From contig CAWDRG010000017.1 in the NCBI GenBank assembly GCA_963804645.1, forward strand, positions 288,001 to 352,000: a DNA stretch of 64,000 nucleotides, written 5' to 3'. The notes beneath the pieces are model-generated. The model was not told the DNA's origin. It ran no database searches and saw nothing but the letters and a program-made list of their open reading frames with translations. Made by a program: the position numbers and the translations under genes. The DNA is from an uncultured Bacillota bacterium. Its GTDB lineage: Bacteria; Sysuimicrobiota; Sysuimicrobiia; Sysuimicrobiales; Segetimicrobiaceae. This document shows positions 49,098 to 59,710 of the stretch, piece by piece; the stretch's first letter is position 1, and each line of letters opens with the position of its first letter.

Positions 49098-49982
49098 CTA
49101 CCCAAACGCATAGGACGGCCGCCCCCTCGGGCCCGGTTGGCACACGAATAGTCCGCCAGCGGTTGGCTGCGCGGCCGCTTCGTCGGCCGTCAATCGATGC
49201 CGCGCGGTGGTGACGTACAACTTGTCCAATGCGGCGCCGCCGAATGCGCAGCTCGTCACCAGCGACACGGGAAACCTGATCTCCATGTCGATACGCCCGT
49301 CCGGGTCGTAACGTCGAACCCGACCGGCTCCGAACAGGGCGACCCATAGGTAACCTTCCGAATCGACCGTCATGCCATCGGGCAGCCCCTCCGCGGGTGG
49401 TATTGCCACAAATGTGCGGCGATTGCGCAGCGCGCCCCGGTCGGCATCGAAGTCGAACATATCGATGCGCTGCGTGACACTGTCGATGTAGTACATCCGG
49501 GTGTTGTCGGAGCTCCAATCGAGACCATTGGCAATGGTGAGCCCCGGGAGCTTCCTCGACACCCGAAGACGTCCGTCCGACCGTTCCAAACAATACAGCG
49601 ATCCGGCACCGCGGGTGTGATCGACGGCCTGGGTTCCCGCCCAGAATCGGCCGCGGCAATCGCACTTCCCGTCGTTCATGCGGTTCGCCGGCCGATCCTT
49701 CTCCACGTCGATGAGCTCGTCGATGCGGCCACGGTCTGAACGCAGGATGCCAAACCCGTCTCGCAGCGCCGCGACGAGACCGCCGTCGGCCCGCAGTCCG
49801 ACGGCGCTGATCGGCTGGCCGACGTCCGTAACGGTGTCGACGCCCGATGCCGGGTCGAACTCGTGCAGCGCGTTGCCGGCGATGTCGACCCAGAGCAGAT
49901 GCAACCGCTGGTGGTCCCACACCGGCCCTTCCCCGATCATCGCGCGGCTATTGAGAACCAACTCCACCTGAACCTGCGTCAC
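49098..49982 (-). CDS. SMP-30/gluconolactonase family sugar lactone lactonase
   Basis: GEGPVWD, RMNDGKCD, NGLDWS, PDGMTVD, TSCAFGG. Confidence 0.92.
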   Translation of the reverse strand: MTQVQVELVLNSRAMIGEGPVWDHQRLHLLWVDIAGNALHEFDPASGVDTVTDVGQPISAVGLRADGGLVAALRDGFGILRSDRGRIDELIDVEKDRPANRMNDGKCDCRGRFWAGTQAVDHTRGAGSLYCLERSDGRLRVSRKLPGLTIANGLDWSSDNTRMYYIDSVTQRIDMFDFDADRGALRNRRTFVAIPPAEGLPDGMTVDSEGYLWVALFGAGRVRRYDPDGRIDMEIRFPVSLVTSCAFGGAALDKLYVTTARHRLTADEAAAQPTAGGLFVCQPGPRGRPSYAFG

Positions 49983-50313
49983 GGCGACCTCTTTCCCCCT
50001 GGTCTCGACGGTCCGTAGGACGGTCTCGCCACGGCGCCCCCGTCGGGCACGAACCGCACGAGGTGCCTGCGAGGCACCGCGCGGTCGACGGACGGAAACC
50101 GCGTGCGCGCGTCCTCCCCGCATCGCGGCGGGCGCGACGATCGGCAAGGCAGCGGGCCGCCCCACCCTCCCGGGCCGCTCGGCTGGAGCCTGCGGTCCAA
50201 CGCGCGGGGGGCCCGAGCGACGCCCCCTGCGGGAACCGGCGCGTGCGTGCGCCGACCGGGACGCTGGCCGTCGGCCGGCGTACGCGAGGCAGCACGGCAC
50301 GGCGCGGCCATCG

Positions 50314-52365
50314 TCAGCCGCCGGCCGCGAGCGGAAAATGACACGCGACGGTATGCCCGACGCCTGCCTCGGCGAGTTCGGGCGCCCGTTCCGCACAGAT
50401 GGCCTGCGCATACATACAGCGAGTGCGAAACCGGCACCCGGAGGGGGGGGCGCTCGGAGACGGCGGATCCCCGCGCAGCACGATGCGCTCACGAACCGGG
50501 CCGCCCGCGATGCTGGGAACCGACGAAAGGAGCGCCGCCGTGTACGGGTGCCGCGGCCGAGAGCACACCTCTTCGCTCGGGCCATATTCGACGATTTGGC
50601 CCAGAAACATGATCGCGACATCTGTACTGAGGTGGCGTACCACCCGCAGATCGTGGCTGATGAAGATCAGCGTGAGATGACGTTCGCTCTGCATGTCTCT
50701 CAGCAGATTGATCACCTGCGCTTGAACCGAGACGTCCAGCGCGGAGATTGGTTCGTCGGCCACAATGAGCTTGGGGTTTAGGATGAGCGCGCGGGCGATC
50801 CCCACGCGCTGACGCTGCCCTCCGGACAACTGGTGAGGGTAGCTGGCCTCAAAGCGTTGGCCCATGCCGACAAATTCCAACACTTCGCGCACGCGTTCCA
50901 CGCACTCGTCGTGCGGCACACCGAACGCCATCAGCGGCTCCCCAACGATGTCCCGCACGGGGCTCCGCGGATTCAGCGACGCGTACGGATCTTGGAAGAC
51001 AGGCTGCATGTTCCTGCGAAGCTGGCGAAGTTCTTCGCCGCCGATCCGGGTGATGTCTCGATCCATGAAGCGGATAGAGCCGGCGTCGACGTCGAGCAGA
51101 CGGAGAATGCAGCGTGCCAGCGTGCTCTTGCCGCACCCCGACTCCCCGGCCACGCCGAGCACTCGACCCTCGCGGACGAGCAACGACACATCGTCGAGGG
51201 CATGCACGTGCCCGGGCGGAAAGAAGGGCAGGAGACTTGGAATGAGGAAATGCCGTGTAACGTGCTCCAGGCTCACAATCACCGCTGATTTATCCTGGGG
51301 GGGCGCGTCGGCTGTTTCAAGAACCCCGTCGCTGCGCACCTCGACCGTGGCGGCGGTCGCCTCGACCGGCGCCGCCGGCAGCGACCCGTCTTTGGCGAGC
51401 CAGCAGGCAACCAAGGAATCGCCTAAGCGCTCCAGCGGCGGCTCGGCCGACCGGCACACGTCGGCTGCGTAGGGGCACCGCGGGTGGAACGGACAGCCCG
51501 TTGGGAGGCCGCCCACGGGAGGCGGCTCCCCCGGAATCGCCAGGAGTCTTGCCGACCTCGGCATGGTCGGAGACGGCATCGACTGCACCAGTGCCCGGGT
51601 GTACGGGTGCCGGGGTCGGGCCAGCAGAGCACGCGTCGGACCGACCTCCACGAACCGCCCGGCATACATGACGGCCACGGTCTCGCAGATCTCACCCACC
51701 ACCGCCAGGTCGTGGCTGATCAGGATGACCGCGACACCCAGCTCACGGTTCAGCCGGTCCAGCACCTCCAGGATCTGCGCTTGGACGGTCGCGTCCAGGG
51801 CCGTGGTTGGCTCGTCCGCGATCACAAGCGACGGCGCCGCAATGAGCGCGGTGGCGATGATGGCCCGCTGCCTCATCCCGCCGGAGAACTCGTGCGGGTA
51901 CCGCAGCACCGCGCGTTCGGGATCCGGCACGTCCAGCCGACGCAGCCCTTGTTCTGCCTGCGACGTCGCAGCCCGTTTCCGCGCCATGCGGTGCAGCAGG
52001 AGCGGCTCCCGCACCTGTGGCCCGATCCGCATGACGGGATTGAGCGACGTGAGCGAGTCCTGAAACACCATGCTGATTTGTCGACCGCGGAGTTCCGACA
52101 GGCGCTTCCTCGACACTTCGAGCAGGTTCTCGCCCCGAAAAAACACGCGGCCGCCGGTCACCCTGGCACCCGCCGGAAGCAACCTCGGAATCGCGGACAC
52201 GGTCATGGTCTTCCCCGACCCGGATTCTCCCACAATCCCCAACACTTCGCCCACGGCGAGCCGTAACGACACGCCGCGCACGACCTCGATGGGCCGCTCG
52301 ACGGTGCCAACCGCGACGTGGAGATCCTCGATCTCGAGAAGTGCTTCCGACCGTTCGCTGTTCAC
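50314..52365 (-). CDS. Fused DppD/DppF-type ABC ATP-binding protein
   Basis: Two NBDs: GESGSGKT...FSGGMRQR...HPYT and GESGCGKST...LSGGQRQR...HPYT. Confidence 0.95.
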   Translation of the reverse strand: MNSERSEALLEIEDLHVAVGTVERPIEVVRGVSLRLAVGEVLGIVGESGSGKTMTVSAIPRLLPAGARVTGGRVFFRGENLLEVSRKRLSELRGRQISMVFQDSLTSLNPVMRIGPQVREPLLLHRMARKRAATSQAEQGLRRLDVPDPERAVLRYPHEFSGGMRQRAIIATALIAAPSLVIADEPTTALDATVQAQILEVLDRLNRELGVAVILISHDLAVVGEICETVAVMYAGRFVEVGPTRALLARPRHPYTRALVQSMPSPTMPRSARLLAIPGEPPPVGGLPTGCPFHPRCPYAADVCRSAEPPLERLGDSLVACWLAKDGSLPAAPVEATAATVEVRSDGVLETADAPPQDKSAVIVSLEHVTRHFLIPSLLPFFPPGHVHALDDVSLLVREGRVLGVAGESGCGKSTLARCILRLLDVDAGSIRFMDRDITRIGGEELRQLRRNMQPVFQDPYASLNPRSPVRDIVGEPLMAFGVPHDECVERVREVLEFVGMGQRFEASYPHQLSGGQRQRVGIARALILNPKLIVADEPISALDVSVQAQVINLLRDMQSERHLTLIFISHDLRVVRHLSTDVAIMFLGQIVEYGPSEEVCSRPRHPYTAALLSSVPSIAGGPVRERIVLRGDPPSPSAPPSGCRFRTRCMYAQAICAERAPELAEAGVGHTVACHFPLAAGG

Positions 52366-52380
52366 GGCGCCACCCGAAAC

Positions 52381-53271
52381 CTAGCGTCTGCCGCCAAGCC
52401 AGGGATCCAAGGCGTCACGGATCGAATCCCCCAAGAGGTTGAATGCGAACACGAGCGTCAGGATGGCAAGGCCGGGAAAGGTTGCGACCCACCATTGATC
52501 CATCACGTCGACCCCGTCCGAGACCATCGATCCCCACTCCGGCTGCGGCGGTCGCGCTCCCAGGCCGAGAAAGCTCAGCGTGGCAAACATCAAAATCGCC
52601 CGCCCGATGTCGATCGCGGCCATCACTAGGAGCGCGGGGAGCACGTTCGGCATGATCACTTTGTACAGCGTATGCAGCGGCAAGCGTCCCGACGCCCGCG
52701 ACGCGATGACGTACTCCTTCTCCCGCAAATCCATCACGAGGCCCCTGCACACCCGCACGTACTGGGGCCACCAGACGACCGCCAACGCCATCACGCCGTG
52801 AATCAGACTCGCGCCCAGCGCCGCGGCGACGGCCATCGCCAGGACCAACACGGGAAAGGCCAAGACCATGTCGGTCACTCGCATGATCACCTCGTCCACG
52901 GCGCCGCCGACGTATCCGGCGATCGCCCCGAGAGAAATCCCGACGGTCAGGCCGATGCCTACCACGATCATGGCCGCGGGCACTGAGGTCCGCCCCCCGT
53001 AGAGGACCCGGCGAAGAACATCCCGCCCCACCTCGTCGGTGCCGAGCGGGTGGGCAAGACTGGGTGGCTGCAGCCGGATGTCGACGTTCTGGGCGATGGG
53101 GCTCCCGGGGGTCAGGAAACCGGCACCGGCCACGGCGATGACCCACGCCAGAATCACCGCCAGGGCGATGGTCATCTGTGGATCGTGGGTGGCAACGCTG
53201 ACCCACGTTCGAACGACGACAGAGGAGTGCCCGAAGGCACCGGCGTTTCCGCGGCGTGACACGGCACACAT
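52381..53271 (-). CDS. Peptide ABC permease (DppC-like)
   Basis: HPLGTDEVGRD, LSFLGLG, PEWG, DALDP. Confidence 0.93.
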   Translation of the reverse strand: MCAVSRRGNAGAFGHSSVVVRTWVSVATHDPQMTIALAVILAWVIAVAGAGFLTPGSPIAQNVDIRLQPPSLAHPLGTDEVGRDVLRRVLYGGRTSVPAAMIVVGIGLTVGISLGAIAGYVGGAVDEVIMRVTDMVLAFPVLVLAMAVAAALGASLIHGVMALAVVWWPQYVRVCRGLVMDLREKEYVIASRASGRLPLHTLYKVIMPNVLPALLVMAAIDIGRAILMFATLSFLGLGARPPQPEWGSMVSDGVDVMDQWWVATFPGLAILTLVFAFNLLGDSIRDALDPWLGGRR

Positions 53272-53436
53272 CCTACGTCACCGCGTCCACGACCGGTGTC
53301 GTGTGTCCTTCCGACGCACCGCAGGGCGGCGCCGTCGGCGTCGCGGCACCGCGGCGAACGCGCGCCGTCCGGGCCTCATCAAGAAGACGCTGGGAGCCGC
53401 CGCACCGCAACCCTCCCCGCCGACGGTGGGACGCAT

Positions 53437-54456
53437 TTACTGGTGCCTGGTCGTCATGGCGGCTCGGATCCGCGGGTCCAGCAACGCATAGACGATATCC
53501 ACGCTCAGATTGACCGCGGTGTAGATGATGCCGAAGATCAGCGTGACACCCATGATCGCCGGAAAATCCGCGTAGATCGCCGCCTCGTAGGCATAATGGC
53601 CGATCCCCGGCCATCCGAAGATGGCTTCGATCAGGATCACGCCCGTCAGCAGGTCGCCGTAGGCGAGTCCCACGATCGTGACGACTGGAATCAAGGCATT
53701 CGGCGCCGCGTGGCCGAGGATGGTGCGAAGCTCCGTCGCACCCTTGCTACGTGCCATCTGCAGAAACCCCTGCGGCAACACGGATAACATGCTTGTGCGG
53801 GTCATGCGCGTGAGGGCGCCGGTGCTCCACGACGCAAGGATCAGCGCCGGTAGCGCCAAGTGGGACAGCGCATCCCAAAAGGTGCCCATGTCGCCGGCGA
53901 TGAGGCTGTCGATCGTGTACATGCCGGTCACCGTCGGGGGGGGTATGTCGGTCGGGCTAAGTCGTCCAGGAGCCGGGACGATTCCCCAGTGCAGGTAGAA
54001 CACGTCCAAGGCGGCCAGGGCGAGCCAGAAAATCGGCATGGCGACACCGATCAACGTCAGGAGCCGCACGATCAGATCGATAATAGTTCCGCGCTCGACG
54101 GCGGCAAGCATCCCCAGCGGCACGGACACGACGGCGCTCAAGAGAATGGTGGCGGTCGCCAGCTCGATCGTGGCTGGCATGTAGGCTTCCAAATCGTCGG
54201 TGACCGGACGGTGCGTGTAAATCGATTCCGAGAGATCGCCGTGCAGAAGGTTCTTCATGTACGTGAGGTATTGGACCGGCAGCGGCTTATCGAGTCCCCA
54301 GTGCTTGCGATAGGCCGCGACAATGGCCGGGTGATCTGCTGCCTGCTGGCCAAGCGCGGCGACGATGGGGTCGGTGGGGATCGCGCGGCTCACGGCGAAC
54401 GCGATCGCGGTCATGCCCAACAGGATCGGCACAAGGAAGATCAGTCTTCGAGCCAC
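53437..54456 (-). CDS. Peptide ABC permease (DppB-like)
   Basis: GLDKPLPVQY, PATIELA, ARSKG, EAIFGWPGIG, LDPRIR. Confidence 0.93.
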   Translation of the reverse strand: MARRLIFLVPILLGMTAIAFAVSRAIPTDPIVAALGQQAADHPAIVAAYRKHWGLDKPLPVQYLTYMKNLLHGDLSESIYTHRPVTDDLEAYMPATIELATATILLSAVVSVPLGMLAAVERGTIIDLIVRLLTLIGVAMPIFWLALAALDVFYLHWGIVPAPGRLSPTDIPPPTVTGMYTIDSLIAGDMGTFWDALSHLALPALILASWSTGALTRMTRTSMLSVLPQGFLQMARSKGATELRTILGHAAPNALIPVVTIVGLAYGDLLTGVILIEAIFGWPGIGHYAYEAAIYADFPAIMGVTLIFGIIYTAVNLSVDIVYALLDPRIRAAMTTRHQ

Positions 54457-54777
54457 ATAAATGATCGTGGTGGCTGCTCCCCGATCCAGATTACACGGTC
54501 AGAAACGTCGTCGGCACGGTCACGTCAGGCCCGCGCGCGTACCGATCGTCGCCTGCGCTTCTCCCCGCGGCAGGGGGCGGACCGGAGCCGTTCCACTCGC
54601 GGTCCGTCCTCGCCGCGTGGCGGTCCCTAAGGCGCCCTGACGGTCCCGCCCGCCGTCGCGTCGCGCGCGGCACCCCGACCGCGGGCGCTCGCGGCGCGGG
54701 GCGCCAACCTTCGACTGCGGACGCGCATCCCTCCCACGCCTTGCAGCATCCGTCGTTCACAAGCTCCGTTGACCGTG

Positions 54778-56436
54778 CTAGGCCGGCTCGACGTTCCCCG
54801 CGTCGAGGAACCAGACCGGGTTGGTCGCCATCGGCTTGAGGATGTCCTTGCGGTACCCGATCTGGACATTGGCCTCAAACAGCCACACGTAGGGCCCCAC
54901 TTGGTTCATCAACCGCTGGGCCTCGTAGCACAGCTGCTGCTGCTTCATGGGGTCGAGCGTCGTCACGGCCTGCGCCGACAGATCGGCGATCTTCTTGGCA
55001 TCGGCGGAAAACTCGGGTGTCCATCCTTGACGAGGCGCCGCCACATGTCCGCCCGGGGCGAACACGGGGAGGAAGTCTGTCCACCCGATGTAATCGGCCC
55101 CCCACTCGTGAATGTCCGCCTCCAATCTGCCGGCTCGGAAATCCGTAGATTCCTGGGTCGCCGGGATAGGATGAAGATTGGCCGTGAGGCCAATTTGCGC
55201 GAGGTCGCTTTGCACCTTCTCGGCGATCACGGACGAGGGAATGTTCCAGAAGAGCTCGTCGGACGGATACGTCAGCTGGAACGTGAACCCGTGCGGATAG
55301 CCCGCGGCCGCGAGGGCGGCCTTCGCACGCGGGATATCCCGCTTGAACCGCTCCGCAACCGGCAGCGCGTTCGGAAGCCCGGGTGGAATGACCCCCGCAA
55401 GGGGCTGCCCGCCCCCGCGGTAGATCTTCGCCATGCCATCGTAGTCGATGGCGTACTTAACCGCCTCCCACGACTTGGGTGACTTCAGGGCCGGGTTCCG
55501 GTTCACGTGGAACCCAATCCACGGGAATCCGAGCGATGGGATGTTCAGAACGCCTACCGTCTTCGAATTTTCGAGCTCGGCGGCCAGGTCCGGTGTGAGG
55601 TTCGCCGCGATGTGTGCGTCCCCCCGCACGAGGAGGTCGCGCTGGGTGTTTGCATCTTTGGCGAATCTGAACACGACCCGCTCAAAGGGCGACGGCGTCC
55701 CCCAATAGTTTGGATTGCGCTTCATCGTCAACTCGGACCCGTGGGCCCAGGTGTCCAGCACAAATGGGCCGCTGCCGGCACTGTGCTCATCGATCCAGGC
55801 TCGCGCGGTATCGGTCGTCGCCGCATTCGTAGCGTCGTTGGCACCGTGCTGCGCGAGCACGGTGCTGTTGGCGATACTCAAGAACGGCGACGTGAGCAGA
55901 AACAGCCAGTCGGGGTTCACGGAGGTGAGCTTGATGGTCACCTGGTTCGTGCCGGTTTGCGCGATCGACGCAACACCGTCCTGAAACCAAGATGCGGGCC
56001 CCCCTAGATACTTCTGACGCTTCAACGAGAACACGACATCGTCCGCCGTGAGGACCTTCCCATCCGAGAACTTAACCCTGGGATTCAAGTTGAACACATA
56101 GGTCAGGCCGTCGGGACTCACCCTCCAGCTTGACGCAACATCTGCGACTACCCGGCTGAACACAGACCCCGGAAACGTCACCAATTGATCATACATGGCG
56201 ATCAAGAACATCGGAACGGTAAGCTCATTCGCACCCTGCGGGTCCAGGGTACGTGTATCCCCTTCCTCTGTCGCCACGACCAGCGTTGTGAGTTTGTTTG
56301 CCTGCGCGAAGGCTCTCGCCGCCGGCCCAAAGAGAAACGGGGCCGCCGCTGCCGCCCCCATACCGCCCAAAACCGCGCGCCTCGATATCCGTGTGCGCAG
56401 GAGCCGTTCAGCAGAATCACTCGACCGACCTCTCAT
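54778..56436 (-). CDS. Peptide ABC substrate-binding protein (family 5), Tat-exported
   Basis: ISRRAVLG signal, FSDGKVLTADDVVFS, GSGPF, RNPNYWG. Confidence 0.9.
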   Translation of the reverse strand: MRGRSSDSAERLLRTRISRRAVLGGMGAAAAAPFLFGPAARAFAQANKLTTLVVATEEGDTRTLDPQGANELTVPMFLIAMYDQLVTFPGSVFSRVVADVASSWRVSPDGLTYVFNLNPRVKFSDGKVLTADDVVFSLKRQKYLGGPASWFQDGVASIAQTGTNQVTIKLTSVNPDWLFLLTSPFLSIANSTVLAQHGANDATNAATTDTARAWIDEHSAGSGPFVLDTWAHGSELTMKRNPNYWGTPSPFERVVFRFAKDANTQRDLLVRGDAHIAANLTPDLAAELENSKTVGVLNIPSLGFPWIGFHVNRNPALKSPKSWEAVKYAIDYDGMAKIYRGGGQPLAGVIPPGLPNALPVAERFKRDIPRAKAALAAAGYPHGFTFQLTYPSDELFWNIPSSVIAEKVQSDLAQIGLTANLHPIPATQESTDFRAGRLEADIHEWGADYIGWTDFLPVFAPGGHVAAPRQGWTPEFSADAKKIADLSAQAVTTLDPMKQQQLCYEAQRLMNQVGPYVWLFEANVQIGYRKDILKPMATNPVWFLDAGNVEPA

Positions 56437-56697
56437 ACGCTCACCCCCGCTCAATTGTGTCTCTCCACGCCGCTTCCTATGGTGCTGCTGCGCCGTGGCC
56501 CCCGTCCATGCCGAGCGACGGGGGCGCGCCGGTGGACTGAACAGCGCCGAACGGTAGTACGGCCTCACCCACTCCAGTCCATAGCTGAAGCTTGCTTTCT
56601 GTTTCGGGCCACCCGGACCGCCCGGACCGTGTAGTATAAAGTTGAGCGCGCCATGAACCAGCTGGCGGGGCCGGCTGATCGACCCCGCCACGCCGGG

Positions 56698-57612
56698 TTA
56701 TAGTTGCGCCCACGCGTCGGCGAAGACGCGCTTGGTACCCGCGATCACCGTAGCCGTGTCCTCGCCCGGTCGCGGCTTCACCTCGAAGCTCAGAAACGGC
56801 AAGTGTGCCGTACTGCCCAGGAACCCGATTTCGAACAGCACACGCAGGTATTCGAGCACCTCCCGCGTGTCGTTTTTTCCGCCCGCGATGCCGAACCGTG
56901 GATGCTGGTCCCCGTACGCAACATGGGCAGGATCGTCCATGACGCAGTTACCAATGTGTGCGTGTACGAGGTGTGCGCGCGCGGCGACAAGCGCGTCGCG
57001 CGTTTGCTCACCGAGCAACGGAAGGTGGCTCAGGTCCAGCAACAGTCCGAACTCGGGATACTCCCGCCGCACCGCTTCGGAGATCTCTACGCACAGCGAC
57101 GTCGGCCCGGCGAGGCACTTCTTTTCGATCGCCCGGTCGAAAGTCTCGAGCACAATCGCCATGCCCCGCTGACGGGCGTACCCGGAGAGTTCCATCAGCG
57201 AGTTCACAAGCTTGGTCTTGGCCTTGACTTCGTCTGCCGGCCCTGGGTACGGACCGCTCAACACCACAACGGCCTTCGCGTCGAGCGCGGCGCCCTGGTC
57301 GATGCACTCCTGCACGAGGGTAACCGCACTCTGCCGTGTCGGCTCGTCGAGGGCGTTGAGGTCTCCCTTCGTCGCAAGCAGCGCCGGCCCAGCGGCGAAT
57401 CCGACGGCGAGGTGGCTTTCGCGCAGCACCGCCGCCGCTGCCGCCCGCTCCGCGGCGTCGTGCGCCCATGAAACCTCGATCGCTGTAAAGAACTCATCGG
57501 CGGCGATTTGCCGAATTGTGTCGGCGTAAGGCCCGTCGCCCGTCATCACCGCCGGGAACGCCATGCAATGCACGATCCCCAACCGAAGATACCGGTTCCA
57601 AGACTCCTGCAT
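56698..57612 (-). CDS. Sugar phosphate isomerase/epimerase (TIM-barrel) family protein
   Basis: LETFD, DLSH, HAHIGN, GDQHPRFG, SFEVKP metal-binding pattern. Confidence 0.8.
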   Translation of the reverse strand: MQESWNRYLRLGIVHCMAFPAVMTGDGPYADTIRQIAADEFFTAIEVSWAHDAAERAAAAAVLRESHLAVGFAAGPALLATKGDLNALDEPTRQSAVTLVQECIDQGAALDAKAVVVLSGPYPGPADEVKAKTKLVNSLMELSGYARQRGMAIVLETFDRAIEKKCLAGPTSLCVEISEAVRREYPEFGLLLDLSHLPLLGEQTRDALVAARAHLVHAHIGNCVMDDPAHVAYGDQHPRFGIAGGKNDTREVLEYLRVLFEIGFLGSTAHLPFLSFEVKPRPGEDTATVIAGTKRVFADAWAQL

Positions 57613-57736
57613 GGCTCACCTCTCAATCCATGCCGTACAGACGCTGATGCAACTCCCGTGTTCCATGGGCAACGCTCCCGTCCAGCACAACGGAAGACGC
57701 CCCACCACAGGAGAGCCAAACCATGGCCCCAACCAA

Positions 57737-57752
57737 TTTCATTAAAATGAGA
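57737..57752. promoter_or_regulatory. AT-rich imperfect palindrome TTTCATTAAAATGAGA, possible repressor operator
   Basis: Dyad ~125 bp upstream of the first gene of the 57612-44954 operon; TTGACA on the minus strand at 57790-57795. Confidence 0.35.
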
Positions 57753-58082
57753 CGTGTCCGGAAAATCCATCGGGCCCCGGGTGTATCTTTGTCAACAGCA
57801 AGTATCTGAGCAATAACAATCTTGTTCGATACAGGGACAAGTCGTTATGCGTCCGGCGGATTCGCACAGGCGAGGCAGGATCGTCGCGGGCGTTACTTGC
57901 GAAGTAGCAACAGCCGAGCCGGCCATCCTGTGAGCCAAGGATGATGCCCGCGACCGCGCAATGCCCCCAACGCGGCACAACGGGCGGTGACTGTTGGGAT
58001 CAGGACGCAACCGGAAGCCGATCTGACCTCCGCTATAGCGCGGGGGAAGTCCCACGGGACCCTTTCAGCCCAGTCGCGCATT

Positions 58083-58692
58083 TCAGCCTCGCGAGCGCGC
58101 GACTCGCCTGAGCGCCAGGGGCACGATGCCTGCGAGGATCAGTAACATCGACGACGGCTCAGGGACGGGACTTGCATGTCCTTGTACCGTGAACGGAGTG
58201 GCCTGGCCGGTCGCCGGGTCCACGCCCACGACATACGCCTGATGAGCACTATCATAAATCGTTGCCACGTCTGTCACGGGCGGGTCCGGGGCGGTGAGTC
58301 CGAATACCGGAGTCCCCTCTTGCGCGCCGCCACTCTCGCTAAAGCACCACGTAATCATGCCGGGAGCGAATGGTGGGAAGAAACCGTAATAAGTAGGGAT
58401 CGACTGATAGGGGCACATACTGGTGTACGTGTCGGTAGAAGGTTTGTATCCACGGCGAAAATCCAGGCCCATTCGCAACCGTTGACACGACATTTCCCGG
58501 ATCCGGGATGGAAAATGTTCCCGCGAATCCTTGGAAGTTGACGATCTGATAATCGTACTGATAGAGGCCCGATGGCAGGAGCGTGACGGAGCCACTTGGA
58601 CTATCCCCCAGATGGATCATCGTCGTGGCGCTTCCCGGGACAGCGGTGCACAGCACGATGGCAAGAACGATCCATGTCGCACGTCCCCACAT
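58083..58692 (-). pseudogene. PEP-CTERM surface protein gene with a frameshift near 58450-58465
   Basis: MWGRATWIVLAIV... signal peptide in one frame; VPEPSSMLLILAGIVPLALRRVAR tail in another. Confidence 0.75.
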
Positions 58693-58866
58693 GTGAGGTG
58701 CCCCTCCCACGATTGGAAACGCTAGATTACCACGTACCCCGTTCGCCGGAACATCCCAATAGCGAACCAAATCGCGCGACTAGAATACTCGGAAACACCT
58801 CCGCGCGAATCCGATGAGCCCGAAGACGCCGCCGGTGCCGAGCAACGCCAGGCTGCTAGGTTCAGG
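58677..58866. repeat. ~190-bp direct repeat copy 1 (PEP-CTERM tail, intergenic region, MWGRA start)
   Basis: Aligns with 59523-59710, including the shared CCCCTCCCACGATTGGAAACGCTAGATTACCAC. Confidence 0.9.
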
Positions 58867-59538
58867 TAATGGAATACACAAGCAACCCCCGCCCCCGGTA
58901 GGCAGGTTGGTTTCGAAGACCGCGGGAGCACCGCAGCACTCAGAGTAGACCATCTCCAACGACACATTGTTGAGAGTCGGGCCAGTATAGGTGAGAACGT
59001 TCTGAATCGGCGATGTCGGGAGCGGGCTCATTCCAGGGAGGGCAACCCGGTTGATGAGGATGGTCATGCCATCGTCGTGAGTCACGGTGAATTGCTCACC
59101 GTTTGTCACGTTCACGGTCCCCTGAAAGTCCCAGTATGAGTTGTTCATGGTATTGACCAGGGCAGCCGGAACGCCGAACCCGCTGGGGCTAGCAAAGCTC
59201 CCGAGGACCTGCGTACCGACGACGGGCTGGGTAGCCAGCCAAGGGCCGAGGGTGTACGCAGTCGTCGGCCCCGTACATATCCCACTGGGCGAAAGGGTCA
59301 GGCAAGAACTGAAGAAGAGGTCGTCGCTCGATGTCACCGTAAACGTCAGGTCCGGCGGTGACGGTGGAGTGGGCAACGATGCATTCATGGACACCGAGGC
59401 GGGTTGGTTAAGCCAAGCACTTCCGGTCAATGTCACTGGGACGGCCTGCGCCGCACCTGCCCCGAGAGCCAGCCCCACACCGCACAGAAGGGCTATGCTC
59501 GCCATTTTCAGTGCTGCGCGAATCGCACGTCCCCACAT
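58780..59538 (-). CDS. PEP-CTERM sorting domain protein, PA14-like
   Basis: AQA signal cleavage, FTVTHDDG, VYSECCG, LPEPSSLALLGTG...FARR. Confidence 0.88.
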   Translation of the reverse strand: MWGRAIRAALKMASIALLCGVGLALGAGAAQAVPVTLTGSAWLNQPASVSMNASLPTPPSPPDLTFTVTSSDDLFFSSCLTLSPSGICTGPTTAYTLGPWLATQPVVGTQVLGSFASPSGFGVPAALVNTMNNSYWDFQGTVNVTNGEQFTVTHDDGMTILINRVALPGMSPLPTSPIQNVLTYTGPTLNNVSLEMVYSECCGAPAVFETNLPTGGGGCLCIPLPEPSSLALLGTGGVFGLIGFARRCFRVF

Positions 59539-59710
59539 GTGCGGTGCCCCCTCCCACGATTGGAAACGCTAGATTACCACATACCCCGTTCGCCGGAACA
59601 GCCCACTAGCGAGCCATACCGAGCGACTCCCGTACCCGGAAGCGTCTCCGCACGAATCCGATGAGCCCGAAAACGCCGGTGCCGAGCAACGCCAGGCTGC
59701 TGGGTTCAGG
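59523..59710. repeat. ~190-bp direct repeat copy 2
   Basis: Aligns with 58677-58866. Confidence 0.9.

Noticed and set aside
58677..59710. PEP-CTERM repeats as a diversity-generating retroelement TR/VR pair or integron attC sites
   Set aside because: No reverse transcriptase or integrase in the window, mismatches are not adenine-specific, and no attC-like dyad is visible.
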